This document shows positions 1-20,137 of a stretch of 64,000 nt of DNA, one piece after another. Source of the stretch: the human T2T-CHM13v2.0 reference genome, Homo sapiens; the NCBI RefSeq assembly GCF_009914755.1, contig NC_060928.1, one strand, 5' to 3'. The notes beneath the pieces are model-generated. The model was not told the DNA's origin and ran no database searches. It was given only the letters and a program-made list of their open reading frames with translations. A program made the position numbers and the translations under genes. The number at the start of each line of letters is the position of its first letter. The stretch's first letter is position 1.

Positions 1-510
1 ACCATCCTTCCAGCAAAGGCTTGCAAAGGCAGGTGCGATGGCAGCTATCTATCTTGATCTGAATCCTGTGAGAACAGTCATTATGGTTTCTAGCCAATCC
101 CACAGATTTGGGAGTAAACTGAACCTCTTTGGAGAGGCTCAAAAGATTCATTTTGAAGCTTGCAAAGTCTAAGTAGAATAAGTAGCTCTCTTAGATGGGA
201 CCAGCTAATTTTATCATTTTATTATATGTATTGCTCCATACCCACTTGGAATGCAAGTTCCAATAGGCATTTATATCTTGTGTTTTGTTTACTCTAAACC
301 TCAACACTAGGAAGAGTTATGGCATTATAAGGTACTTAAAAAATATTTTATAAATGAATGAATGAACTTAAATGTCCAAAAGGGAGCAGCGGAGTGGCCA
401 GTAGCAAAATAAATTATGTTCACCCTTATGTAATAAAATACATTATGTAATAAAATACGCTATATAATAAGGTACATTCAGGCATTTAAAACATGTTGTG
501 TAATAAGTTT

Positions 511-816
<306 letters not shown>

Positions 817-2182
817 TTAATGACGTGAAATATTCATGATCTTCTCAATGGGAAAAGTAAATTACAAGAAAATGAGATATGAGTATGGAAATAAACTAGA
901 AAGAACTCAGCAGATTGTTAGCAGTAGTTATCCTAGATCACACAATTGAAGATGATTTCCATTATCTTCCTCTAATTTTTATAAAATATCTATAGTGAAC
1001 ACCTATTAGTGTTATAACCAGAAACTTCATACACATGTACACACACAGAGACACAACACACACAGAGTTACACAATAAATGCTACACTAAAAATAATAAT
1101 AATCACTTAATAGTGATGTACATAAAATGGAATTATTTTGTGTTGTTGGTATATCAGGAATAGAATTTCTATTTACTCAGTTCCAATTGTTCTGTATCTG
1201 TAAGTCACATATGTTGCCTAACACCTGCCCCACAGTGTGATTATTTGTGTGTGCATCTTTTCTACTGTATAATGGGGCATTCTTATTACAGAGGTAATCT
1301 GTGTGTGTTTCATCTTTGTGCTTTCCATTGTGTCTAGATCAATGTTTGAATCTAATAAGAGGTTGCTAAATGTATTTTAATGATTGACTAAACGCATGAA
1401 GAGTTATATTTCAGGGGCATGACTTGCTTTAAGGTATATCCAAATGTGAATAGCAAGCCTAGTTTTAATAAAACTACATTTGGCAGAGTCTCTGCTTGCA
1501 AGTAAATGAAATTTAGACTTCAGAAAATGTTTGAATGGCCCTAAATCTTTAGCAGGTTTTCATAAGTGATGATGAAATTTACCTGACACAGAACAAAGGA
1601 CTATTAAACTGGAAAAGACCAGGAAGGTTATCTATCAATCTTTTAATTTTTGATGGAGAACTAGAATTCCAAAAAGATTATTTAGTTCACTGCAGGTCAC
1701 TTCTATAGTATTCCGACCAGAACTCTGTTCTTCCTGACTCTCAGTTCACCACTTCACCCGCTACAACACACTGTTTCTGCACGCCTGGCTAAATTGGTCT
1801 TGACGTGATGTACATTCCTTCTTAATATGAGTCAGTGACCTGGTACTGGGAAAATCTGTGAGTGGTTTAACATGTCAGGCTATTGTCTAAGAAAAAGCAA
1901 ACCATCTCCATGTAGGGTTAAAAAGCAAAAAAATAGTGCTTTTGAGAAAAGCTGTAATAAGCACTTGCAGTTAAGGAAAAATGTCTAATGTACTTTTAAA
2001 GAACTACGAATAAAGAACTATGTTCTCTTTATCTTAATACATTGTATTGATATTACTTATAAAATGGTAAGACTTTTAAATTTATAAAGCCAAAACATTT
2101 TATTTCATCTTTTTGCTATCCTCCATATTAGCCCTATTTTTCTATTATTAATGTTCTTCATCACTAACTGTGGTGTTAGATA

Positions 2183-2741
2183 CAGCAGGTCCTTAAATAA
2201 TGTTGTTTCATTTAATATCATTTAGTTATAATGTTGATAAGGAAAACATCAGTTCCCATCCAGGGCCAATCTGTGTGTAGTTTGCACATTCACCCCATGT
2301 CTATGTGGGTTTTCTCCTGATACTCTGGTTTCTTCCTACATCCCAAAAATGTGCACATCAGGTTAATTGTCCTGTATAAATTGTGATGGAATACCATATT
2401 GTCCAGGGTTGGTTCTTGCCTTGTGCCCTGAACTGCCAGGATAGGCCCTGGCCCCCAAGCAATCCTAAACTGGAATAACTGGGTAAATGATTATCTTACT
2501 TGTTTTTATTACTCTTTCCTAAATATATGTAGAGCTAACATTTATTTCAATGTTTAATATTAAAGTTCTTTGGTTCCTATTTAGAAGCTGGGTGATGTTT
2601 TGGGGGCCAGAAATATGTCATAGGAAATTAACTCTTGTTTAGATTATTTAACCAATGGTAAAATTGGTTTTGTTATATGTCATTTGGTTTACAGTTTCAG
2701 TTTCCAAGAACCTACCAATAACATTAAGTGAGAACTTACTG
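2183..2741 (+). mobile_element. MER6A-like non-autonomous Tigger (Tc1/mariner) DNA transposon
   Basis: TA flanks on both sides; imperfect terminal inverted repeats CAGCAGGTCCTTAAATAATGTTG ... CAATAACATTAAGTGAGAACTTACTG; internal GTGTAGTTTGCACATTCACCCCATGTCTATGTGGGTTTTCTCC block typical of MER6. Confidence 0.8.
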
Positions 2742-3669
2742 TAATTACTTGTCACTCTGAGATTAAGAAAACCACAAGAAAGCATGATTAAGTTGTGCTT
2801 TTTATTTGACCTCCATAGTTAAGAAAAATAGGAGTTTTTGGAATGGATATTATCTTAAAATGTAAGAAAATAGATATTAAGTTGGAGAAATGAATATTAT
2901 GTTATTCTTTGTTCAATCCTTTGATAGTTTCCCATAGCAATCAATGACACCCAGTAGCAAAGATTTTAATTCCTACATACTAAATACAAAGTGCTCAGAT
3001 TTTAATTCCTAAATACTATTTCTAGCATTCAGGATAGACAGAAAATTTCTTCACTTGAAAAAAATCAAATCTGGCTCCTGTCCACTTTTCTCATCCTTTT
3101 TTTCAATAATTTCTTATATGCACCTTTCACTCCACCCATACAGAATAATTCATAGTACCTTGAACAAAACTTTGTACTATCTCACTCTATGTCTTAAAGT
3201 GCTATCACCTCAAGCTGGAATGCCCTCCTGCAAATTTGAACTCATACATCATTTTTTTAAAGAAGACATCCCCAACCCTCCAGCTTGATTTCTAAGGTTT
3301 CTCCTCTGTGTTCTCATGGTACTCAGGCATAACCCAATTATAATTTGCCTACAGTCCTATAATCAATTATCTTTACCTTCCAGTAATTTTTGACTTCCTT
3401 GATGGAAGACATCATGCCTTATTCTATTTTACATTCACAGTACACTGCAAAAGTTTTGGCACATAGTAGGTTCTAAATAAAAGACAATGTGTTTCCCATG
3501 ACTTCCCATGACTACATACATACTATCTTTGGAATTTGAAAGAAATTTGGTTGCCTTGGAAGTACCTCACCACAGAATTCACTTGATTACAGAGGGTTTG
3601 AGTAACTGGTTTTTATTGTCTCCCAACATGGCATTTTATTGAAGTCATTGAGTTTATGAGAATATGCTC

Positions 3670-5775
<2,106 letters not shown>

Positions 5776-7555
5776 TAGGGTGACATCAGCAAAATGATGA
5801 AATAGAAAGTCCCATATCCTCCTTCCTTCCATAGAGTCATCAACTGAACAACAATACATGAATTAATTCCCTTTGTGAAAAATCCAGAAACAAATTAAGA
5901 CACTGCTGGACCCCAGGCAAGCGCAAAACCAGCTGCATAGAGGCCAGTAAAAAAATTCACAACACTCACTTGCCATAGTCCCTTTCACTGACTCAGCAGA
6001 GAGCAACTGGAAGAAAACTCCCAGCTTCTAGCTTCTCCCACAGTCCCATAGGAGGAAAAGATTTGGCTTGTACATTTTTGTACATTGAACATTTAGGCTT
6101 TTGGCAGGGGACAGAGGGGCAGAAGGGTGGGTGGATGGTTGCCCGAGAAACTAGTTTTTATCTTATCTGTCTCCAAGTGCTGACAGGACCCAATATATTC
6201 TAGAAGCCAGGGGCTGCTGACAACAAAAGACAGCTTGGCAGCTTATAGCAGCTCCAGAGAACACCAGAAGGAGTAATAGATTACAAGGTCTTGGAAGAAA
6301 ATCAACCAGTAAATCCCTCTAATTGAGAATTTACACACACAAGTCTATTGCAGATGTATCCACAGACTAGAGGTGAGAGGACCTCAGAATCTCTTACTTG
6401 GCTGATTGGTGAAGGTTTGTTCCTATACAAACCCTGTTTTTTACAGAGTGAGAGAGGAAGCTATTTTTTGAAATGCACAGACCACAACAAAAGGTAACAA
6501 GGCGCATTAAGAAAAAGGAAAATATAGACCAATCCAAGGAACAAAATAAGTCTCCAGAAACCAACTTAATGAAATGGAGAGATTAAATTACCTGACGAGA
6601 ATTCAAAATAATCATCATAAAGATGTTCAATAAACTCAGGAGAAAAATGGATGAACAAAGTGAGAATTTCAACAAAGAAATAGAAAATATTAAAAATGGA
6701 ATCAAATAGAAATCTCAGACCTGAAGAATAAAATAACTGAAGTGAAAAAATCACTACCTAGTTTTAATAGCAAACATGATTAAGCTGAAGAAAGAATCAG
6801 GGAACTTGAAGACAGGTCATTTGAAATTGCCCAGGGAGCAAAATAAAATAAAACAAAATAAACAGTGAAGAAAGTCTAAGGGACTTAGGAAACAACATCA
6901 AGTTTGCAAATATTTGTATTATGGGAGTCTCAAAAAGAGAAGAAAGAGAGAACAATGCAGAAAGCTTATTCGAAGAAATAATGGCCAAAACTTCCCAAAT
7001 ACGGAAAAGGAAGTAGAGATCCAAGTTCAAGAAGGCCAACAAACTCCAACTAGGAAGAACTCAAAGATAACCACACCAGAAAAGGTTATAATAAAAATGC
7101 CAAAATTCAAAGGATGTTAAAAGCAGAAAAAGAAAACTGATTCATCACATAAAAGGGAGCCTCCATAACACTATGAGGAGATATCTAGCAGAAACCTTTC
7201 AGGACAAAATGGAGAAGGGAGATATATTCAAAATGCTGAAAGAAAAAATAATTGCCAACTGAGAATACTATAGCCTGCAAAATTGTCCTTCAATAATGAA
7301 GGAGGAGCTTCTGCACAACAACAAAACTGTCAACAGAGTAAATAGACAGCCTACAAAATGGGAGAAAATATTTGCAAACTATACATCTGACAAAGGTCCA
7401 ATAGCCAGTATCTATAAGGAACTTAAACAAATTTACAAGAAAAAAAAAAAACAACTTTATTTAAAAAGTGAGCAAGGGACATGAACAGACACTTTTCAAA
7501 AGAAGACATACATGTGGCCAATAAGCATATTAAAAAAGCTCAGTATCACTGATCA

Positions 7556-7960
7556 TTAGAAAAATGTAAATCGCTTCATTTCATTCATTTCATCTTCCAT
7601 CACTAATATCCTTTCCTCCAGTTGATCGCATCGGCTCCTGAGGCTTCTGCATTCTTCACGTAGTTCTCGAGCCTTGGCTTTCAGCTCCATGAGCTCCTTT
7701 AAGCACTTCTCTGTATTGGTTACTCTAGTTATACATTCGTCTAAATTTTTTTCAAAGTTTTTAACTTCTTTGCCTTTGGTTTGAATTTCCTCCTGTAGCT
7801 CGGAGTAGTTTGATCGTCTGAAGCCTTCTTCTCTCAACTCGTCAAAGTCATTCTCCGTCCAGCTTTGTTCCATTGCTGGTGAGGAACTGCATTCCTTTGG
7901 AGGAGGAGAGGTGCTCTGCTTTTTAGAGTTTCCAGTTTTTCTGCTCTGTTTTTCCCCCAT
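7556..7960 (-). pseudogene. Truncated L1 ORF1p (N-terminus and coiled coil, ~130 aa)
   Basis: MGEKQSRKTGNSKKQSTSPPPKE...MEDEMNEMKR, then reads into the TSD (FTFF-stop). Confidence 0.93.
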
Positions 7961-10516
<2,556 letters not shown>

Positions 10517-13500
10517 ACAATGAGAACACATGGACACAGGAAGGGGAACATTACACTCTGGGGACTGTTGTGGGGTCGGGGGAGAGGGGAGGGATAGCAT
10601 GAGGAGATATACCTAATGCTAAATGATGAGTTAATGGGTGCAGCACACCAGCATGGCACATGTATACATATGTAACTAACCTGCACATTGTGAACATATA
10701 CCCTAAAACTTAAAGTATAATAATAATAAAATAAAATAAAATAAGAAAAATGTAAATCAAAACCACAGTGAGATACATACCAGTCAGAATGGCTATTACT
10801 AAAAAGTCAAAAAATAACAGATGCTGGTGAGGTTGCAGAGAAAAGGGAATGCTTGTACACTGTTGGTGGTAATGTAAATTAGTTCAACCATTGTGGAAAG
10901 CAGTTTGGCAATTCCTCAAACACCTAAAGACAGAACTACCATTTGATCCAGCAATCCCATTACTAGATACATACCCAAAGGAATATAAATTGTTCTATCA
11001 TAAACACACATGCATATGTTTGTTGCAGCACTATTTACAATAGCAGACATGGAACCAGCCTAAATGCCCATCAGTGGTAGGCTGGATAAAGAAAATGTGG
11101 TACATATACACCATGGAATACAATGCAGCCATAGAAAGAACAAAATCACATCCTTTGCAAGAACATGGATGGAGCTAGAGGCCATTATCCTTAGCAAGCT
11201 ACCACAGGAACAGAAAACCAAATACCACATGTTCTCACTTATAAGTGGGAACTAAATGATGAGAACACATGGACACAAAGAGGGGAACAACAGACACTTG
11301 GGCTGACCACAGGGTTGAGGCTGGGAGGAGGGAGAAGAACAGAAAAAATAACTCTTGGGTACCAGTCTTGGGTACGTGGGTGATGAAATAATCTGTACAT
11401 CTAACCGCTGTGACATGAGAGTACCTATATAAGAAAGCTGCACGTGTAACCCTGAATCTAAAATTAAAAGTTAGAAGAAATAAAGACCTATATAAGCAAA
11501 TACTGAGGGAGTTTATTACCACTATATCGCCTTTACAAGAAATGCTAAAAGGAGTCCTTCAAGTTGAAATGAAAACACCCTAGGCAGCAGCAGAAATTAT
11601 TATGAGACCATAAAGCTCACTGGTAAAGGTAAATATACAGAAAAATAGATAATACTGTAATATTTTAGTGGCTGTGTATAAATCACCTTTAATTCTGATA
11701 CTCAAGTTAAAAGGCAAAAGTATAAAAAACACTATAACTATATGACAATAATAAAAAGGGCAAGGGAGGTGAAAGAATAGAGTTTTATATCCAATTGAAG
11801 TTAAAGTTGTTATCAGCTTAAAATATCAACTTTATATTTGTTACAACTATAAGATGTTTTATGTAAGCCCCACAGTACCACAAAGAAAATACTTTTTAAA
11901 AACTACCAAATAAATGAGAAAGAAATCAAAGCCTATCACTATACAAAAATCAACAAAACACAAAGGAAGACAGCAAGAGAAGAAAAGATGGACAGAAAAG
12001 CCTCAAGACAAAACAATTAACAAAATGGTAATAGTAAGTGCTTCCCTATCAGTAGTTACATTACATGTAAATAAATTAAACTCCTCAATCAAAATGGATA
12101 TAGTAGCTGAATGGATAACAAAAACAAGATCCAGCTATTGTTGTCTACAGAACACTAGCTTTAGATTTAAAGACACTCACAGGCTGAAAGTGAAAGCATG
12201 GAAAATTTATTCCATCCAAATGTTAACCGAGAGAGCAAAAGTAGCCATATTCATATCAGAAAAAATGGACTTTAAGTCCAAAACTGTCACACAAAAAAAG
12301 AAGGACATAATCTAGTGATTAAAAAGTCAATTAACCAGGAAGATATAACAATTATAAATATAAACGCATGCAAATTCAAAGCACCCAAATATGTGTAATA
12401 ATCATTGAGATAACTGAAGGGAGAAATAGACAGTAACACAATAATAGTAGAAGATAGCATCCTACTTTCAACAATAGAACACTTAGACCAAAAATCAATA
12501 AGAAAACAATACTTGAACAACACTATAGACCCAATTGACCTGGCCAACTGATACAGAACATTTTACTCAACAGCAGCAGAATGCACATGCTTCTCAAACT
12601 CACACAAAATACATTCCAGGATAGATTACATGTTGGATCACAAAATAAGTCTCTTTTCAGAACATTGATATCATACCAAGTATCAATTCCTACCACAGGG
12701 AATGAAACTAAAAATCAATAGCAGAAGGAAAAATGGGAAATTAACAAATATGTGGAAATTAAATAAAACACTCTTCAATAACAATTTGGGTACAAGAAAA
12801 AAATCAAAAGAGAAATTTAAAAATACCTTGATATAAGTAAAAACAAAACACCTACCAAAACTTATGGAATGCAACAAAAGCAGTATTATGAGGGAAGTTT
12901 ATAGTGATAAATGTCTACATTTTTAAAAACAGAAAGAATTAAAATAAATAGTTTAATTCTACCTCAGGGAAACTCAAGAAACTAGAAAAAAAAGAGCAAA
13001 CTAAACTCAAAATTAGTAGAAAGGAAACAATAAAGATTAGAGCAAAAATAAATGAAATAGAAAATATAAAAATAAGAGAAAAAATCAATGAAATTGGTTT
13101 TTTGAAATGATTAACATCATTGGCAAACCTTTAGTTACTAACAAAAAAGGAAGAAGACTCAAATAAATAAAATTGGAAATGAAAGAGAAGACATTACAAC
13201 TGATCACTGGAATAAAGATGATCATAATAGTCTATAATGTACAATTATACACTGATAAATTGGAATAACCTAGAAAAAATGGATATATTTCTAAACACAT
13301 ACAACCCCCAAGACTTCATCTTGAAGAAATAGAAAATCTGAGCAGGCTTGTAACTAGTAAGGAGACTGAGTCACTAACCAAAAGCCTTCCAACAAAGAAA
13401 CTTCCAGGAACAGATGTCTTTACTGGTGACTTATATCAAACATTTAAAGAACTAATGCCAATCCTTATCAAACTCTCCAAAAAAACGGAATAGAAGGGAA

Positions 13501-16384
13501 CTCTTCCAAACTCAGTCTATGAGGTCAGCAATAGCCTGATACCAAAGCCAGACAAATATACTATGAGAAGAGAAACTATAGGACAATATTCTTGATGAAC
13601 ATAGATACAAAAATCCTCAAAAAAATAGTGCAAACTAAATTCAACAGCACATTAAAAGGTTATACACCATGACTAAGTGGCATTGATTCTTGGGATGCAA
13701 GGATGTTTCCACATACAAAAATCAGTTAATGTAATATACCAAAATAACATAATTAAGGATAAAAATGTTATGATCATCCCAATAGATACAGAAAAATTGT
13801 TTGACAAAATGCAATATGATTTCATGATAAAAACTTGCAACAAAGTAGGAATAAAAGGAAATTACCTCAACGTAATAAAAGCCATATATGAAAAACCCCA
13901 CAAGTAACCTCATTCTTCATGGTAAAAACCTGAAAACTTGCGTGAGGAACAAGGCAAGGACTCCCACTGTGATCATTTCTATTCAACATTGTACTGGAAG
14001 TACTAGCCATAGCAGTTAGGCAAGAAAAAAAAAAAGACATCCAAATTGTAAATAAAAGAGTAAAATTATCTCTGTTTGGAAATGACATGATCTTATATTT
14101 AGAAAACCCTAAAGATTTCACACAGAAACATACACACGCAGGCACACATGCATGCACACACACAAAAACAACTGTTAGAATTAACAGTTCCAGGATACAA
14201 AATCAACATACAAAAATGAGTTATGTTTCACTAACCACAAACTATCCAAAAAGAAAATTAAGAAAACAATCCCATTTATAATAGCATAAAAAAGAATAAA
14301 ATACATAGAAATAAACTGTCCCAAGTCAGTAAGCAACTTGTACACTGAAAACTGCAAAATATTCCCAAAAGAAATTAAAGAAGATACAAATAAATGGAAA
14401 GATACTCCATGGTCATAGATTGGAAGGTTAATATTATTAAAATGTCCATACTACTCAAAGTAATCTACAGATTAAATGCAAACCTCATCAAAATCCCAGT
14501 GGCATTTTTTACCGAAATAGAAAAAACAATCCTAAAATTCACATGGAACCACAAAGGGCCCCAAAAATCCAAAACAATTTTGAGACAGGAGAACAAAGCT
14601 GGAAGCATCCTACTTCCTGATTTGAAAATATATTACAAAGATATAGTAATTAAAGCAGTATGGTGATGTTACAAAGATAGACACATAGACCAATGGAACA
14701 GAATACAGAGCCCAGAAATAAATCTATGCATATGTTGTCAACTGACCTTTGACAAGGGCATCAAGAATACCCAATGAGGAAAAGATGGTCTCTTCCACAA
14801 ATGGGGTTGAGAAAACTGAATATTCACATATAAAAAATTAAAATGGACCCTTATCATACACCATACACAAAAATCTATTTAAAATGGATTAAAGACTTAA
14901 AAGTAAGACCTGACACTGTAAAATATTCCAATAAAAACATAAAGGAAAAACTTCATTACATTAGTCTTGGCAATGATTCTTGAATATGACACCAAAAGCA
15001 CATGCCACAAAAGCAAAAATAGACAAGTGGTGGAATTACATCAAATTAAAAAGCTTCTGCACATTAAAAAAAATAAAATAACCAACTGAGGGAAAATGCA
15101 ACCTATGGAATGGGAGAAAATACCCTCATATTGTATGTCTAATAAGGAGTTAATATTCAAAATATAAAAGGAACTGCTACAACTCAATAGCAAAAAACAA
15201 AAACAAATAATCCAATTAGAAAGTAAACAAAGAACTTGAATAGTCCTTTCTCCAAAGACGACATGACCAACAGGCATATGAAAAGAAATTATAGGTCAAT
15301 GCTCCTGATGAATATAGATGTTTAAAAAAGTCACTAATCATCAATTTTTATATAAATTCATATATATAAATATAAGTAAGTGCTAGTGAGAATGTAGAGA
15401 AATTTACATACATACAAAAGTCACTAATCTCATATATATACACACAAGTGCTAGTGAGAATGTGGAGAAATTAGAACTCTTGTACACAGTTGGTAAGAAT
15501 GTAAAATGGTACGGCTGCTATGGAAAACTATGGAGGTTCCTCAAAAAATTAAAAATAGAACTACCATATGATTCAACAATTTGACTTCCGGGTATACATC
15601 CAAAAAAACTGAAATTGGGATCTTGAAGAGATACATGCACTCTCATATTCACTGCAGTATTATTCACACAGCCAAGATGAGGAAACAACCTAAATGTCCA
15701 TCAATCGGCAAACGGGTAAAAAACGTAGTATATTCATACAATAAAACGTTATTCAGCCTTGAAAAGAACAGGGAAATCCTGCTATGTGTGACAACATGGA
15801 TCAACATTGAGGACATTATGCTAAGTGAAATAAGTCAGTCACAGAAGAACAAATACTGCTTGATTCCACTTAACATGAGATATCTGAAACAGTCGAACTC
15901 ATAAAAGCAGATAGTAGATTTATGATTGCCAGGAGCTTGGGGAGGGTTCAATGGATATAAATTTTCAATTATGCAAGATGAATACCCTCTAGAGATCCAG
16001 TGTACAACACACACACCTATAATTAACAATACTGTACTGTATATTTAAATTTTTAAGAGGGTAAATTTCATGTTATATTGTTGTATTTTTTTACCACAAT
16101 TTTTAAAAAGAAAAAAAGAAAGAACTTTTAAAATATCTTTTTGTATTCTTAATCTAATGAAGAAATAATCAGACAAATGCAAACACTGATATATTCTATA
16201 AAACAAATAGTCTGGACTTTTCTAAAAAGGACAATATAGTGTTTTTTAAAAATAGGAAGAAAGAGGATTATTCTAGCTTAAAAGAAACTAAAAGGCATAA
16301 TAATGTAATGTAATTTATAAGCCTAAGCTTTCATTGGATCTGGAATTTTTAAAAATATACATCTATAAAAGTCACTTTTAAGTT

Positions 16385-17183
16385 ATTTTTTAGCCCCAAA
16401 ATAAAGAGGCTTAAAAAAACATTAATCATTTTACAATCTCTCATGATTTCTGTAGGTCAGAAATCAGAAAAACCTGAAGTGGGCCGGGCACAGTGGCTCA
16501 CGCCTGTAATCCTAGCACTTTGTGAGGCTGAGGCAGGCGGATCACCTGAGGTCAGGAGTTTGAAACTAGCCTGGCCAACATGGCAAAACCCCGTCTTTAC
16601 TAAAAATAAAAGAATTAGCCTGGCATGGTGGCTGGTGCCTGTAATCCCAGCTACTCAGGAGGCTGAGGCACAAGAATCGCTTGAACCCAGGAGGCGGAGG
16701 TTGCAGTCAGCCAAGATCAGGCCACTGCACTCCAGCCTGGGTGACAGAGCAAGACTCCATCTCAAAAAAAAAAAAAAAAGAGAGCTGAACTGGGTGATCC
16801 TGGCTCCAGGTTTCTCATGAGGTTGCAGTCAGATGGTAACTAGAGCTGGAAAACCAGGTGGCAGTGACTAGAGCATCTGTGAGCTGGTGGGCATCTCTTC
16901 ATGTAGTCCCAGGGCTTTTCCATGTGATCTTTACCGGGGGGCTTATCTGGGTCTCTTCCCAGAACAATCAGACAGCTTTAAGGCTCCATCAAGTGTTGCA
17001 GCAAGTAAGGCAGAAGCAGAATTGCCTTGGATTCAGAAGTCACAGCATCACTTTTGCTGTCACAAAAGCCTGCCCACATTCAAACACAGAATAAATAAAT
17101 TATCTCTCTTTATAGGAGACTGACAACATTCTGGAAGAAAGAGAAATTGTGGTAGTCATTTTTGGAAAATAGAATTTACCACA
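16385..17183 (-). mobile_element. MaLR LTR (MLT1G/H-like), split by an Alu
   Basis: Minus strand starts TGTGGTAAATTCTATTTTCCAAAAATGAC; TCTCATGAGGTTGCAGTCAGATG and CAGAAGTCACAGCATCACTT motifs. Confidence 0.65.
16482..16779 (+). mobile_element. Alu (AluSx/Sz-type)
   Basis: GGCCGGGCACAGTGGCTCACGCCTGTAATCC...GACTCCATCTC, then polyA. Confidence 0.95.
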
Positions 17184-17396
17184 GACAACAATGAGGCAGT
17201 TGGGGAAATTTAAATCTGGACTGTATAATAGATGATACTGAATTAATAACCAGTTTTCTTAGGTGTGATGATGAGATTCAGTTATATAAAAAATGTACTT
17301 ATTCTTACATGATACATGCCAAAAGATTTAATGGCAGTGTCTTGATATCTGCAACTTGTTTTCAAATGATTCAGCAAAATAAAAAATAAAGAGAGA

Positions 17397-17778
<382 letters not shown>

Positions 17779-20019
17779 CTACTAATTATTTGCCTTTTCT
17801 ATAGATTTAGGATATTTTTCTCAATTAAATGAAGAGAAAGTAAAATATAAGTCAGATAGCATTATTTTTCTGCTCACAACCCTCCAATCTTCTCTCTTCG
17901 GAGTAGAAGGCAGGCTGCTTACCAAGGCCTGCAAGATCCTGTGTGATTCCCAAAGCTTACCTCTCTGATTTCATCTCCAGGCAAAGGAAACAGCAAGTAC
18001 AAAACCCCCATGAGTGTGCTTGGGGTGTTTTAGAAACAGCAAGTTGTTTACAATTTCCTACTTTTAATTGATGTTTCAAATATCTTCTACTTAAACCTTT
18101 GTGTACACTTCTTAGAGAATTCCTATTTTGACCTCAAGTCCCTGCCTACTCATTTCTTTCTTTGTAGTAGAAACTTCAGCCCTAAAAGAACTCAGTCAAA
18201 GCCAAATCATTTCTCACTACCCCCAAAAAGGCCTACAAATTTGGGCCAGGAGAGGCAATCCTGGCAAGGAAATTTTTTTAAAAAGGTCCCAGTTACACTC
18301 AAATTGGGAGTTTCACTAAATTGATATCCCCCTTAGGATGCTTAATGCTCAGCTTCAATCTTACCTCCAGGGCATATGATATTGTATCATATCTGAGATT
18401 TAGATTGCTGAGGCATTTCCTATCATAACTCAGTAGGTTCTTAAGATTTTACTTTGCAGAGTTTAATCCACTGGGGTTTTTTTGTCTGGTTGCTTAGGCT
18501 AATGCTGCTTGGTGTTCTGAGCGACCTCACTTCCCTGTGGCCCTAGAGTGTGGGGTGACCTGTTGCAGATGTTAGTAATTTCCTATCTTGGGTGGAGGCC
18601 CTCACAGAAGCTTTATTTGCATATGAGTGTATTTGCCCCTGATGTTTTGGTCTTGGATGTCAGCGGAATTGTCCGTCCTTCTGAAGGTCATACAATACCG
18701 CTTTCCAGGGAGGTATTATAACACAGATAATTGAATAATTGGGCCCTCTCTGTTTTCCAAAAGGAGTGGGTTTGCCACATCTTTTCTTGCAAACTAGCAA
18801 ACCTAGGGTTAAGTAGGGCTTGTTGGTAAATGTAGCGTGTCAGGAGCTCACAGCCAGATATGAGCCAGTAAGCAACGTAGGTGTCCTGGGATGACAAAGG
18901 AGGAACATACACACCTCAGTTGTCTTGCTGATTCTACTCTGTGCTTCCATGTCCCCTTCTGTAAAAATGTCAATAACACTACAATAATAATAGAGGTCTC
19001 TCTTATGAGAAATTGGTTATTTAGTAGACATTATAAATCAAGGTTTCAAAAAGTATTATCGGGCCATCTCAATGTTCATTGCAGTTGGCATCAGTAAAGT
19101 GAACATGGTCAAGGTGATATTCTCTAACCATAGTAAAATAAAGGGCTGAGGCATTCATTTGGTGTAAATAGGACAAACACCAGGGAGGCTTGGCCAGGTG
19201 TCTTTTGTAGTAAAATTGGGATTCTGAGATTGCTGTTTTCCAACTTGGCAACAGCCTTAAACATCTTGGTATCCTTTAATGTTATGATTCCACTTCTAGG
19301 GATGTCTCCTAAGGAAAGAGTGCTAAATAGAGAAAAAGTGTAAATTGTAATGGCGACAGAAAATAGAAACAACCTGAATGTCCAACTGAAGGGAAAATGT
19401 GTAAATAAATCATATTCACTTTATAGATGATTGTACAGACTTAAAAATTTATGCTTATGAATAATTTGGTGATAACATGAGGTATGAGAGATATGTATAA
19501 AAAGAATACAAAATTATACATAAATGGCAAAGTTTTAAAACAAAATGTCATTAAAATAACAAAAAGATATGGATCTTTGAATGTTGAGGATTGGGCATAT
19601 TTTTCTTTCTGCTCTTCCATATTTTTTAATTTTTCTTTAATGATTTTATGTCACTTTTTCTAACAAGAAGGATAAAGCACTGATTAAAAGTGCTAAGATG
19701 AGTTCTTAGCAAAGAATGATTATTCCTATCTAATTATGTATTAACATTTATATGAATCATACTAACATTATATGACTCATTTTAAGATAATATATTAAGA
19801 GGTTCATTAAAATGATACTTTTTGAGTATATAAGGAATCTTTTTCTTCACATTTCAAAACATTAACTCTTTCTAAAAGTCCATAGTGTGAGAGGTAAAAC
19901 ACTAATAATATGTAAACTATCAGCAATTGTACTTCTCGCCATAACAACTGTATGGATTGCAGACAAGAACAAGGAAATAAATAAGAAAGTCCCCTTGAGA
20001 AGGGAGAGAAGACAAAAGG

Positions 20020-20104
20020 AATCTACTTTGTGCCAGGCAATGTGCTACATGCTTTCATAAATGACCTTATTTAATCCTCACAACAACTCTATGAGGCATA
20101 TATA

Positions 20105-20137
<33 letters not shown>

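Noticed and set aside
18615-18622. Octamer ATTTGCAT as a pluripotency enhancer
   Set aside because: Single 8-mer with no adjacent Sox site; expected by chance at this window size
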